The notes under the pieces were generated by a model that had not been told where the DNA came from, searched no databases, and saw only the letters and a program-made list of their open reading frames with translations. The position numbers and the translations under genes were made by a program. A stretch of DNA of 64,000 nt from Stegostoma tigrinum (Eukaryota), in contig NC_081367.1 of assembly GCF_030684315.1 (NCBI RefSeq), positions 56,173,414-56,237,413 on the forward strand, written 5' to 3'. Every line of letters starts with the position of its first letter. The stretch's first letter is position 1. Below are positions 11,943 through 24,549 of the stretch, piece after piece.

Positions 11943-12394
11943 CAACAGAATGAATCGGGATTTATCCATTAAAGCGCTAAAACAGTCGAGTCAGGGGGTC
12001 ATTGGACATCTACAAAAAAAAACCCGGACGAATCTGTGAGAATTGTTCCATACAGTCAGCCTGGTCGCCAATGCTTTAATGAACAGATTTCATGATCAGA
12101 ATGAAAATTCCCAGCAAATTTTATAACTTAAATTGGCCAAAGTTTCTCTCTTGTTTTAATGATTTTTTATCCATGAAGTCATAAAATATTTTTGAGGATG
12201 GCGGGGCGAGGAGCGGGGAATGGAGCCGAGTGGGATGAACTGTGGGTATGCATTAGAGTTATTGATAATCCCGCGATGCTTTTAATTCAGAGTGAGACAT
12301 ATTCTGAGAATCAAATGTTACTGTTCAGGCCATGTTTTTTGCGACACAATGCGGAACTGTGGCCTTACAGTGCAAGGGGCCTACGTTCAATCCT

Positions 12395-12590
12395 ACCCTT
12401 TGTTGATTGCCTGCGTGGGGTTCCTCCTACAGTCCAAATGTGTACAGGTTAGGTGGATTGACGATGCTAAATTGCCCCTAGTGTCCAGAGATGTGCAAAC
12501 TGGGTGGGCTAGCCATGGGAAATGCGGGCTTGCAGGTACGGGTGTGAATGCTCTTTGGAGGGTCCGTGTGGGCTCGAGGGGCACACTGTA
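12395..12590 (+). mobile_element. Partial V-SINE (HE1-like)
   Basis: ttcctcctacagtccaaatgtgtacaggttaggtggattg..gctaaattgccc V-domain. Confidence 0.6.
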
Positions 12591-12803
12591 GTGACTGCCT
12601 ACGGTGTTGTTGAGTGCGCAACTTTAACTTCAGTGGCAGCACCATCATGTAAACGTTACGATTTTGCGGCTGTCCAGGGAAACAAAAATCAAATATGCAA
12701 CACTATTCCTCTGGAAATTGTAAGTTTGTCTTCCAAGTTTGATCGAAATGTTCGAAACCAGTTACGCTGGGATCTGGAGACTAATCGTGCGTCTCTCTTA
12801 TAG

Positions 12804-13095
12804 GTTCAGCCAAACGGGTCTGCGATTGGCCCAGACGATGGTCTTTGCCATAGAAGAAATAAACATGAACAACGATTTGCTTCCAAACATAACTTTGGGT
12901 TATAAGATCTTAGTCAGCTGTGGCACACCTTCTGAGGGACTTAAAAGAGCCTTGACATTCCTAAACGAACAGGATGAAACCGTTGCTAGTTACGTATGTG
13001 ATGGATTTTCATCCGTACCAGTCATTGTTGGGGATGGAGCATCATCGCAATCGGTCGTCGTTGCAAGAATGGTGGCCCCATTCAGCGTCAGCATG
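12804..13095 (+). CDS. V2R gene B exon 2
   Basis: FSQTGLRLAQTMVFAIEEINMNNDLLPNITLGYKI...IVGDGASSQS; tag acceptor 12801-12803, gtaag donor. Confidence 0.9.
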
Positions 13096-13954
13096 GTAAG
13101 ACGCTCAATGATGAAGGGTTAAGAATTCTTCTGTTGGGCATAGAAATCAAATCTTATCAGTTTTTATGCCGTTCTTTACTATTTCGCGTTTCTGTTGAAT
13201 TGGAGAAAAACATATATTTTGTTTGATGGATAAGAGAAGTCACATGGCAACTGCACCTGTGCTGCTGTTCCAGTTAATACAGAAAATCATCAATGCTCAT
13301 TTTGAAAGGTGGATCAGGCTTGATGTGCGGAAGAGTTAGTCTTCCTCCTGTGTATGCAAATTTGCCTTTTACATGATGTGAACACAGACTTCTACATTGG
13401 TTCTGTGTTAACTATCATACTTCAAAAAAAAAACCCGTTGTGCTTCCCTTTGTTAACTTGAAGATTCCATCATTTCAAAGATGTACTGGTTTTCGTTTTA
13501 TTAATTTAACGATTCTATGATATGTACAAGGAAAATGAAACTTTTTGAAATTACCTGAATGCGATAGATGGTTTGTGAAGAAAGATAAAAAGCATATTGA
13601 CTTTTCCAAGTATCTAGATGTCGATGTATTCCTACACTTGCTTTGAGAAATCATCCTCTGTGAAGGACAACCGACTTGTGTGATATGAATGAAACCAATG
13701 ATGTTTGGTGATCCATCATGATAAGTTATGTACTTGGAAATATTGGGATTCTTATTGTTTGACTTGTCCATTACGTGCAAGGCATTTTTAAAACGAATGC
13801 AAGTATTGTTGCAACTATTTAAAGTACACTTACTGAAAATTTACATTGGACTGCGAGATCAAAAATAACAGGGTTTGTAGAGGGGAACCTGGTCTATTAT
13901 AAATGGTACTTGTATCACTACACATTTAATATAAATCCGAATTTGACGATGCTA

Positions 13955-14310
13955 TAACACAGTGGTAATGTCACAGGACTAGTAATCTAAAATGTATGGC
14001 TCTAAGTTCTAGACTCATGGGTATCAACCTGATCAGGACAGATGTTGATAATGGAACTTAAAAAAATGGAATTGACAACTAGCCTAATGTCGACCACAGA
14101 TCAATTGCTGATTACTATAAAAAAAATTGGATCATTGGCGTCCTTTCGGGAGAAAAATCTGTTGTCTTCATCTAATCTGATCTACACGCGAATCCACATT
14201 CATAGCAATGCAGTAGCGCTATTTGAAATGACTAAGCAAGGCACATAGTTTCAGGAAAATTTGGGATGGGCAATATCAGCCACATGTCATGTACGGAAGA
14301 ACAGAAAGAA
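13955..14310 (+). mobile_element. Decayed Deu-domain SINE (SacSINE1-like)
   Basis: Head cagtggtaatgtcac.ggactagtaatc, core tcctttcgggag.aaaatctg..gtc, tail gggatgggcaata; family recognised from memory. Confidence 0.55.
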
Positions 14311-14467
14311 TTGGTAGAACTCATGCAACTATGCTATTTTATCCTGTAGAAACATACATGTCGAATAATTAAACCCAATGACGTTATGATACATAATACA
14401 TTGAACATGCATAAGTAGACTGCTTTTGAGGCTTTTTTCTAGCAGGCATTTTTGGTTTTCTTTGCAG

Positions 14468-15302
14468 ATCAGTTACTTTTCTTCCTGCACTTGTTTGAGT
14501 GATAAGCGTGAGTTTCCAACGTTTTTCAGGACGATTCCTAGTGATTCTGTTCAAATCAAAGCATTAGTCAAGCTGGTCCAACATTTTAGATGGACTTGGG
14601 TTGGAGTTGTGGCACAAGACAATGATTATGGCCGATTTGGAATCATGGCATTTGTTGAAGAGATTGCCAAGTTTGAAACCTGTGTTGCTTTTATTGAATT
14701 CATCTCACCTGTTGGTACTGCAAAGAGAATGCCACAAGTAGTGGAGACAATTAAAAAAATCATCTGCTAAGGTGATCATTATATTTTGTGCAGAGAGGTT
14801 CACCGCTGGTTTGGTGGAAGAACTCGCCCCGAATAACGTTACTGATCTCCAACTAATTGCGAGTGAAGCCTGGGTCACGTCAGTCCAACTGTGGACGGCA
14901 AAAACTATGACGTTACTGTCTGGAACAACTGGATTTGGAATAAAGAGTGTGGAAATTGCAGGACTTAAAGATTTTCTCTTAAATATCCACCCTTCCAAAA
15001 AACCACACAACCCGTTTGTAGAAGAACTGTGGCAGGAAGTTTTTGGCTGCAGTGTAAAAATCTCAAATGTAACGTTGGATAGCAATAAACCATCTTTGTT
15101 GAAACTGTGTACAGGCACAGAAAGTTTAGAGGCAGTTGAGACTGCATACAGTGATGTGTCTGAGTTAAGAGGTTCCTACAATGTTTACAAAGCTGTATAT
15201 GCTGTGGCCCATTCCCTTCATAATATGCATCAGTGTGAAGATGGAAAAGGACCATTTGCCAACAAAGCGTGTGGCAGCAAGCCAAAGATTTTGCCTTGGC
15301 AG
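14468..15302 (+). pseudogene. V2R gene B exon 3 (Venus flytrap domain), +1 frameshift in an A7 run
   Basis: ISYFSSCTCLSDKREFPTFFRTIPSD...WTWVG...DYG, then IASEAW...YNVYKAVYAVAHSLH...PWQ; extra A at 14753-14759. Confidence 0.88.
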
Positions 15303-15543
15303 GTAGGAATTGAAACAACTTTTGCACATGAGATGAATGAAATATCACATAAGTACATTACAGAGCTTAAAGTCGACTTATCAGTTCAGAATGTTTTACA
15401 GCATACCTGATCACCTTGAGGGTACTATTGTTTCAACTTAATGTAATTGAATAGTGAAGTATACTCTGCACTGAACGACCCGTTCTTGCTTATTTCTGAC
15501 GTATTTGCCACTTGTATTAATGATATTCTATCTACTCCTAAAG

Positions 15544-15771
15544 CTTTTGCACTACATAAAGCAGGTGAAATTTGTCAATAATTTTGGACAAGAGGCAGAC
15601 TTTGATAAGAACGGAGATCCCGTTGCTTCATATGATGTGATAAACTGGCAGAAGGCAGAAGATGGGACTGTGCGGTTTGTTCAGGTTGGTTACTATGACG
15701 CAGCATTGCCAGTAGGAAAGGAACTCATATTGGATAAAAGTCGAATTGTTTGGCACCATGGAAGGAACATG
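15544..15771 (+). CDS. V2R gene B exon 4
   Basis: LLHYIKQVKF...FDKNGDPVASYDVINWQ; 228 bp, aag/gt boundaries. Confidence 0.9.
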
Positions 15772-16422
15772 GTAAGGATTTTTTTTTTGTTTATACCTCA
15801 GTATTATTTTTGGGATGAGTTCAGATGTTTATACATAGTTTGTTTTGAATAAATAGCTTTTGAATAAAAAACAAAGAAACCAAACTCCAATGCAAGTATT
15901 TGTGTCAAAGCTTGCATTATGTGTTTCAAATTGACAGTAGGAGGTCTTGGTTTTCAACTGTTGGTAACGGTTCGATAAAATTGCATGACTAAATGAACCA
16001 CTTGGCAGAAACTGATAAAGAAGGTGAAAACTCATGAGATACAGCACAGTTGAGGTGAGAAAACTCACAACCGATAAATAGTACTTGAATGATCATTTGA
16101 GGTATCATAACATTCAATGCTATACCTTAATACCTTAACTTCAATTACTTCAATACCTTAACTAGGTAGATGATAGCTAGTAGTATGGTTTTGACAGGAG
16201 AGACTAGATGGGTTAAAGCTCTTCTGCACTGTACAATTAATCAATTCTATGATTCCACCTTTTTCCCAGTGTGCAAGTGAATATCGTATATGGCGTTTGA
16301 GCCATACATGAGATTTCATGAAATTTATTTGCACGGAGAACATTCATGACTATCTACATTTTTAAAGCAATCAACTTTTCTACTTGTGTAGTAACTTACC
16401 TGTAGGTTTGTTCTTTCCATAG

Positions 16423-16546
16423 CCACCAGTCTCATTGTGCAGCAAAAGCTGTGTTCCAGGGACACGGAAAGCAACTAAAATAAACAAACCCATCTGCTGC
16501 TTTGATTGTGTACCTTGTGCTGAAGGAACGATTAGTAATCAATCAG
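16423..16546 (+). CDS. V2R gene B exon 5 (nine-cysteine domain)
   Basis: PPVSLCSKSCVPGTRKATKINKPICCFDCVPCAEGTISNQS; 124 bp; not in the ORF track. Confidence 0.9.
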
Positions 16547-17785
16547 GTATTGAATTCATCAATGATCCTTGGGCTGTTAACCCGTGATACTATTTACAGG
16601 CCTGTAATCACAATTATAATTGAAATGTTCAAGGAGATTGGAAGACATTTGGATCTAGTAGGTTGCTAATTGGTGCCAAGAAAATTCAATTCGGTCGATT
16701 TTCTTTAGTTGCAATGATAGTAAAACTGTCAAACCTGGTCCTCATACGTTGCAACAGATGTGCCGATTGATTCCAGACATGTGCAGTCAAACACAGAAAC
16801 CCGAAATGTGTTCTTAGTGACTTTTTGCTCCTCCACAAAGTGCACTGTTGAAATTCCCATAAATTCAAGTTTTAGAAATCACTTGTTTTGATGTGATGTA
16901 AGCATCCATTTATTCGCTCTTGGCCTCATGGAAAAATATATTCCTACGAATTGGCATATTGCTGAGTGAGGTTCCTTGTCGTTATTTCTGCTGATGAGAT
17001 GCTCAGGCTGTTCAAGGTTCGTACCTGATAAAATTTGTCTTGCAGAATTATTTTGAAAACTGTCAACTTACTGTCCAGTAGTTTTATTAAAAACAATATT
17101 GTATTTAATTCCCACGGCAGTTCCATCCTGATTGAGGCTGACACACTTGGTCCTTGTTCTTATTATGTTCCATGACTATCACTGAGTCACAATCTTGGAC
17201 ATCCCTTCTGAACAGTGCCTTGTGTGCACCTACTCTGCATGGACAACATCATTCAAGGATTTAAGCGGGTCGCGAGGTTCTGAGATTAGTAAGACAAAGG
17301 TCAGATTTTCCCGAATGAGGGGTTCCGATACCACAATTATAATAGTGCAAATTTATGTTCTATTAAACGAATGGTGCATAACAATCTCAGTTCTCAAGAG
17401 TTTTAAGCACCAAGCTTACTGATAATTGAAAAAAAACTGTTCAGCATTGCCTATGGGAGGAATAACTCTGCTACCATACTTGGTATGTACCTTAAAATGA
17501 CTCCAGCACCAAGTTTTTTGCCTCTAATTTCATTTTAGTAAAAAAAACTGTTTTGATTAAATACCGAATCGCATCAGTTATTATGATAATAAAAACCGCG
17601 ACATTAGCAACTGATTTTTCAAAGGGGCAAATATCATTCAGCTGAAGAATTAATATTTGTTCTGCGGAGTTAAAGAAATGTTCAGGACATGCTTCCCCAT
17701 TTGTTGCGTCGCGTTCAATTGACATACTGAGAACAGCTGCACGTTATAGAGGGTGCTTAATTCCAACTAGCGTTTGAGGAAAAAT

Positions 17786-18010
17786 GACAGGAACAAAAAC
17801 AGAAGTTGATTGAAAAGCTCAGCCGGTCTGGCAGCATCTGTGAAGTAAAAAAACATTGACTTAACATATCGGGTCCAGTGTCCCTTTCTCAGAGCAGAAC
17901 CTGAAACGTTAGTTCTGATTTTTATTTTCCTCATAGATGCCGCCAGACCTGCTGAGTGTTTCCAGCAACTTCTAATTTTGTCCCTGTTTTACAACTTTCG
18001 CAGTTCTTTC
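17786..18010. repeat. Short fold-back element, probably Penelope pLTR-derived
   Basis: Arms gacaggaacaaaaacagaagttg..ctcagc.ggtctggcagcatctgtga / tcatagatgccgccagacctgctgag..caacttct..ttttgtccctgt; central gaaacgtt. Confidence 0.6.
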
Positions 18011-18361
18011 AGTTTCGACAAATAATTATATATTTATGTTAATAAACTTTAAAAAATGTCGAGGCAAATTGCCAGCATAACAAAAGGATTGATGTATCAA
18101 ATAATAAAAGGACTAATTTTGTACTGATCACAGCCCGTAGTTCTGCAAATACAAATTGATAATATCTGACGTCTGTTATTTCGAGACAGTAGCAAAATAA
18201 ATTACTCGAAATTATTTAAGAAGCATTCAAATTAAATACGTTGTAGATGCAGGGATTGAAGCAAGTCGATTTTAAATTTTGCTTAAAAAGCATGTAACGC
18301 AAAATAAGCAATTCTGATGGTAATCTGAAAATATTGTCACCAAGTTTTTTGTCCTGTGTAG

Positions 18362-19253
18362 ATTCGGTAGAGTGCTTCATCTGTCCGTTAGAACAATGGT
18401 CCAATGATCGACGAAATCAGTGCATTCCAAAAGATGTTGAATTCCTGTCTTTCAACGACAGCATGGGAATAACTTTGACGGCAGTAGCTCTGTTTGGAGC
18501 TTTTATCTCAGGGTTTGTTGCTGCTTTTGTTTATGTTTCATAAAAACTCCCATTGTAAGGGCTAACAATTCGGAACTAAGTTTCCTCCTACTATTCTCGT
18601 TAATGCTGTGCTTTTTGTGCTCAATTGCGTTCATTGGACAACCATCTGCATGGTCATGCATGGTGCGGCACACTGCGTTTGGAATCAGCTTTGTCCTCTG
18701 CATTTCTTGTATTCTTAGTAAAACCCTGGTTGTCCTAATGGCATTTAAAGCAACCCTTCCGGGCAGTGACGTGATGAAATGGTTCGGACCCAAACAACAA
18801 AGGTCAATCGTCTTTATTTCTACATTTATTCAAATAATAATATGTGATCTGGTTGGCGACATATCCTCCACTCTCATCTAAAAACGTCAAGTATCAAAGT
18901 GCACAGATTATCCTCGAATGTGATGTAGGTTCTACAGTTGCCTTCTGCTGTGTCTTTGGTTACATCGGATTCTTGGCGGGCGCATGTCTATTTTTAGCTT
19001 TCTTGGCTCGAACGTTACCGGACAAGTTCAATGAAGCTAAATTCATAACTTTCAGCATGCTCTTTTTTTTGCTGTTTGGGTAACGTTTATCCCCGCTTAC
19101 GTGAGCACACCCGGAAAATACACCGTGGCTGTCGAAATATTTGCAATTTTAGCATCAACGTTTGGGTTGCTGAGTTGCATCTTTGCTCCAAAGTGCTACA
19201 TTATATTGTTAAAACCGGAAGAGAATACTAAAAAACACTTGATGTGTAAATGA
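18362..19253 (+). pseudogene. V2R gene B exon 6 (7TM), three frameshifts
   Basis: DSVECFICPLEQWSN..., [39 protein letters not shown]; -1, -2 and -1 indels relative to the paralogous exon; TGA 19251-19253. Confidence 0.88.
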
Positions 19254-20584
19254 GAATTAAATTATTATCATTAGACGTCATAGTCAATACTCGAGGAAAA
19301 TTGTGGTTCATTTAATTATTGGTACAGATCATTTACACTTACTGCAGTTATTGTTGTAATGTTTCTTAAGAAAATTATTCCGCTCCAGTTCGTCATAAAA
19401 GGCAGACTGCTTTTTCTACAGCCTAATTCTGAGCTGGTGACAAAACTGTGGTTGTAACACTCCAGTTTCGGGACTGGTGGCAATGTGGTGATGCGTATTT
19501 GAACCAGTTTGATCTTCTCGTCAGACAGTTCTTTTGGTATTGCAAAGTGTGACAGATTGCATAGTTGACAAGCGATGTCTTCACTGACAGGGTAAATAGC
19601 TCACTGCCTGTCTGCGATGTTGTTTATAGGGACAAAAAGTTACACTGTAACGTATTGCAATAAATTCTGTTGAGTTGGCAAATACTCTGCGCATCATCCG
19701 ACATTTCTTTCCCGACCAATGTTGTAAGCATGGGCATATTTGTTTCCTTTTTGGATTATAAACTGGAAATTGAATACTGCTAGAATACCTATCGAGTTTT
19801 GAAATTTGAAAATCGAGTGGGAAAGTGCGGTTACTACGCTGTGGAAGAGACGGGAACCAGGAGCCTTTGAGTCAGGGAAAAAATAGCTGATGCAACCCTC
19901 ACCCTATTCCTAATCCAGAAGGAGATTTTACAGACCTGAGTGCAGTGCAGCGAGAAGCATACAGAAACTTGCAAACACGAAGCACCGCCAACTATCTCTC
20001 TCTGTAACTGGAAAACGCAGAAAACATAAACAATCTAAACGAAAAAGAATTTTCGAAGAAATAAAGGCCCGATCATTTGTTGAATTAAAGATCAACATTG
20101 CTCTGCGAACAACATCGTGTCGTCATTGTTTAAATCAAAAGACCTCTGCGTGCGAAAAGAAATTCGTGATTTGGAGTCAGAAACAAATTTCCTTGGCTTT
20201 TTTTTTGCATTCCAAATCCTGTTTCAAATCATCTTTCCTGTTTGTAAATTAACGCGTGTATACTTGGGGTGATGATGTGGTACAGGTTAAGTTGCAAAAC
20301 AACGCATTAGCAATTAATTAATTTTGTCACCGTAAAGGTATAGGCTTGTTTACAATGAATTTAGTTATTTTGTTGTTAATTATGAACCCTGGTAGAAACA
20401 CATTTTGTCCTTTATTGAAGTAAATCAGCCAAATTGATAACCTTGATGGATTAATTTGGGAACATTCACATTGATGATGATTTGTGGATTAGAGAATTTG
20501 ATTATCGGCCCATTATTCCTTTAAATGTTTATATTTTTTTGCGTTAAAATCTTGACACACATAAAGCAGCTGCTGGTAGAATTG

Positions 20585-20785
20585 CGAAGATGTGCAGATG
20601 AGGTGGATTGGCCTCGCTGAGTTTCTCATAATATTTACAGATGTGCAGGCTGCATGGGTTAACTTTGGGAAATGAGTGGTTACAGAGCTGGGATAGAGGG
20701 TGGGTCTGGGCGGGATGCTCATCGGAGGGTCGGTTCGAACTCGATGGGCCGAATTGTCTTCTTCCATGCTGTAGGGAATCTATGG
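20585..20785 (+). mobile_element. Partial V-SINE/CR1-type tail
   Basis: gaagatgtgcagatgaggtggattggcc...ctcgatgggccgaat...gtagggaatctatg. Confidence 0.55.
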
Positions 20786-20962
20786 GTATCTAACAGTCCA
20801 AAATGCTGTTATGCATACACACAAAGGGATAATGACAATTATCTACTTTCCGTTATCACCATTTTCGAGTTTCTTCTTGGTGTGTGCTGATAGGCAGTAT
20901 TTCCGACATGCTATCATCAGTTCCCGATCTCCTGGATAATTTAATAATGTTCTCCTCAAGTA

Positions 20963-21484
20963 TTAGAGGCTCGGAGTCGCTTTGCAGATCACCTGCGCTG
21001 TGTTCGAGACAAGTGACGACTCCTTCCTGTCGCGAAACACTTCAACTCGGCCTCCGATTCCCGGCTGGACATTCCCATCCTGGGCCTCCGGCAGTGTCAC
21101 GATAACGCCACCGGCAAACTGGAGGAGCAGCACTTTATATTCCGCCTTGGGAGCCGACAACCGAATGGTCTCAATGTCGACGTTAGCAGCTTCAAAATCT
21201 CCACACCTCCGGCTTCATCCCGCCTCCTTGACCTGTCCATCTTCTCTCCCACCTATCCGCTCCGCCCAACTCACTGACTAATCCCCACCACTGGCTACCT
21301 GCACTCATCTATCACCATCCCACCTAGCTTGCCCAGCCCCATCCAGCCTCTCTCGATTTATTTCAGAACTCCCTTCCCCCTCCCGCATTTCTGAAGAAGG
21401 GCACCGACCCAAAACATCAGCTTTCCTGCTTCTCTCGTGCTGCTCGGCCTGCTGTTTTCCTCCAGCTCCACACTGTGTTATCTA
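20963..21484 (+). mobile_element. Neptune-type Penelope 3' fragment (second subfamily)
   Basis: GIY-YIG C-terminal remnant (HFNS..HS..DI.ILGL...RKLEEQHFIFRLG) followed by a pLTR with decayed ctgaagaagggcaccgacccaaaacatc core. Confidence 0.75.
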
Positions 21485-21739
21485 AGTCTGCTTTCAGTTG
21501 TTGAAACTTCCGCGCGCTTTAAGATGTTTTCCTACTTATTAACTGTTTCATTTATAGGTCTGATCGTGTTAACTTGAGGGCGTCAACAAGTGACATTGTA
21601 CGTGGCGGTACGGCGGCAATATCTGTGATAGTGATATGACACATTTATCATACCGGCAAATATAATATTTATAAGTACAAGTAGATTTGGAAGTAAGCTT
21701 GGTAATTTATAAATTCAATGACAATGCTGACATCTACCG

Positions 21740-23120
21740 AACAGTGTAGAAATTGCACAGGTATCTCTTGGACACAAATGCAACCTGGCTGAAACCCACT
21801 CCATCAATTAATTCTCAATCATCAGTAATGTGTTGGACGATGCCTTCAATAGAGCAATCAAGTAACACCTGCTGATCAGTAACTTCCTCACTGACACCTA
21901 ACTTAGGTTCTGCCAGGTCCACTCAGGTTCTGACCTCATCACAACCACAGACAAAATAACGGAACTCCAGATCGAAAGTGAGAGTGACAGCCCTTTATAT
22001 CAACGCCACATTCGACCAAATGTGGTACGAGGGAGCCCTAGCAAAACTGGAATCAATGGGAATCAGAAGAAAAGTCGCTAATAGTTGCTGTTATACCTGG
22101 TACACGGGAAGTTGGTTGCGTTTCTTGAAGGACAACAACACTAACTCGAGAACATCTTTGCAGAGGTTACTCAGGGTTCTGTCCTCAGCCCAACCATACT
22201 CATCTGCTACATCAAGGACTATCCCTTCCTCATAACGCCCAAAGTGGAGATGTTAGCCAATGACTGTTATGCTCAGGATCATTCCCAGGTCCTTAGTTGC
22301 TGAAGTAGTCCATGTTCAACTGCACTAAGATGTGACAATATCCAGGGTTGCGCTGATAAGTGGTAAGTTGCATTCACGCGAAATAAATACGAGATAATGA
22401 CCATCTCCAATAAGTGATATTCTAACAAACACCCCTTAACATTCAATTGTTTTATCATCACTGAAACCCCCACATCAACACCCTGGGGATTACCATTGAC
22501 TAAAGACCCAACAGGACTCGCTATACAGATACTATGTCTTCAACAGTAGATCAGAGGTGGGTATCTGCCTCCGTGACTCCCCAGACACCGTCCACCATCA
22601 ACAAAGCAGAGGTCAGGAGTGTGATGGAATACTCCCAACTTGCATGCATGCGTGCAGCTCCAACAACATTTTAGTTGCTTGACACTATCCAGGACAAAGC
22701 AGCCTGGTTAATTGGAACCAAATTCACAAGCATCCATTCCCTTCACTACTGACGCTCAGTAGAAGCAGTATATACTATCTACAAGATGCACTGCCAAAAT
22801 TCCCTAAAGAACCTTTGCATCTTCCAAACCAACAACTACCACCACCCAGCAGGACAAAGGTAACAGAAAAATGGGAACACTAGCACATGGCAAGTTCCCT
22901 CCAAGCCACATATGATCTTGACTTTGAAATATATCACAGTTCTGTCACTGTCGCGAAGTCAAAATCCTGGAATTCCCACTCTCAGAGTACTGAGTTTCGA
23001 CCTTGAGCACATGGACTGCAGTAGTTTAAGAAGGCTGCTCACCAACTCCTCCTCAAGGGTAAACAGGAATGGGAAATAAATGCAGTAAGCAACTCCTACT
23101 TCCCAAGAATGAGTTAAAAC
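21740..23120 (+). mobile_element. Decayed CR1/L2-group LINE 3' portion
   Basis: RVTALYINATFDQMWYEGALAKLESMGI RT-like segment; same family as 50085-50965. Confidence 0.75.
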
Positions 23121-23704
23121 AAAAGAATTCCACCACATTTGGGATATCTTTTAAAATCACATGCACCCCACACTTTAACGATGACAATATCGTGTCAAAT
23201 TTCCAGCCAACATTAAACAGATTAATACAAGTTATGGGATCGTAGTTACTGGCAGAGGCCGGAGAAGCAGGTTATTTAGGAGCCATTACGCTTCAGGCCA
23301 ACTTTAGGAGCGATTTGGGGAAATAAGCAGGAATAATCTATGTATTGTTAGGAGTTTCAGCAACCCAAGAACATAGCTGCAACTTCTTTGTAAGAAGGCC
23401 TTGTGGCAGAGTGGTGCTTGTTTTTCGTTTTTACTCATCTGGTTAGTATGGTTCAGATCATATTTTCTAAATGGCTTTCTACAAGGCGATTCAATGGTAC
23501 TTTTCTAAAAACGAACTGAATTCGGAGTTAAATACGGATTGCTTGGCATTGCTGGAATGTCAAGTGGAGAGGGCATGGCAATGTGTTCTACCCGTCGGTT
23601 CAGAGAGCCGAATGGTTTACAATGGACAGAACTTTGTTGGTCTACTATACGATATCATGAAGGGATATCAAAGTAATTAGCAGGAGTCGCGTAAATGAAA
23701 ATGG

Positions 23705-23915
23705 GCGTCTCAGTGGTTAGCACTGCTGCCTCACAATACCCGGAGCCTCGCTTCGATTCCACCCTCGGGCGGCCATCTGTGTGGAGTTTGCACATTTTCC
23801 CCGGGTCTGCTTGCGTTTCCTCCCACAGCTCAAATAGATGTGCAGGCTAGGTTGATTGGCCTTGCGTAATTGCCCATAGCGTTCAGGAATAGGTGCGTTA
23901 TAGGTGTTCCACATT
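23705..23915 (+). mobile_element. tRNA-derived V-SINE (HE1-like)
   Basis: ctcagtggttagcactgctgcctcac..ttcgattcc..tgtgtggagtttgcacatt. Confidence 0.8.
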
Positions 23916-24331
23916 GTCGGAATTCTAAGAAAAGAAAGTCAAACGCAATACCCCGTGGAAAGTTAGGAAAACGGCCTCTCAAATTGCTTTTCATTTCAAT
24001 TTAATCAAAGGACGGTCAGCATTTTCCACACAGTTATATAAATTCATGCCGTGTAGACGGTAATAAGAGCCTGCATCTACTCCTCAAGGAATAATAATTG
24101 ACTAGGCTCCCAGTATAATCATATTAGCTACGGGAATTGGGGCAAAAATCCCTAATGTAATTATTTGACAAGAACAGTGGAGTTAATCTACCATGATTCT
24201 CTGGGTGACAACGGTGAGATATCTGTATATTCCAATCCCATCATGCACACATAATTATCTTTTTTTTGCGGAGTAAATTTATAAGAAATTATTTCAAGCG
24301 ATCGTTAGCCAGTCCTTAAGTGGATTTTACG

Positions 24332-24549
24332 ATGCATTTGAATACCATATTGGGAATTTTGTTGCTAATATCTTTCGAAGAAGGGAGTTCTGGAGGCGAA
24401 CCATCCTGTAGACCTCAAGATAAGTTCATCACTCGGGGATTAATGAAGGGTGGGGATGTTGTCCTTGGCGGATTATTCATTGTCCATTCTAGAACAACAC
24501 TGCGGAATAATTCGTTAGAGACAAAACCGGAAGAGGTGCGCTGCCGAGA
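24332..24549 (+). CDS. V2R gene C exon 1
   Basis: MHLNTILGILLLISF...GGDVVLGGLFIVH...VRCR; donor gtgagt at 24550. Confidence 0.83.

Larger units (their letters stand above)
10392..19253 (+). pseudogene. V2R/OlfC gene B, six exons, four frameshifts as assembled
   Basis: Exons 10392-10615, 12804-13095, 14468-15302, 15544-15771, 16423-16546, 18362-19253 with GT/AG sites; frameshifts at ~14755, ~18530, ~18846, ~19065. Could be an intact gene with assembly indel errors. Confidence 0.8.

Noticed and set aside
19450-20520. Possible solo LTR
   Set aside because: Only a vague resemblance; no clear TG..CA termini or TSD found.
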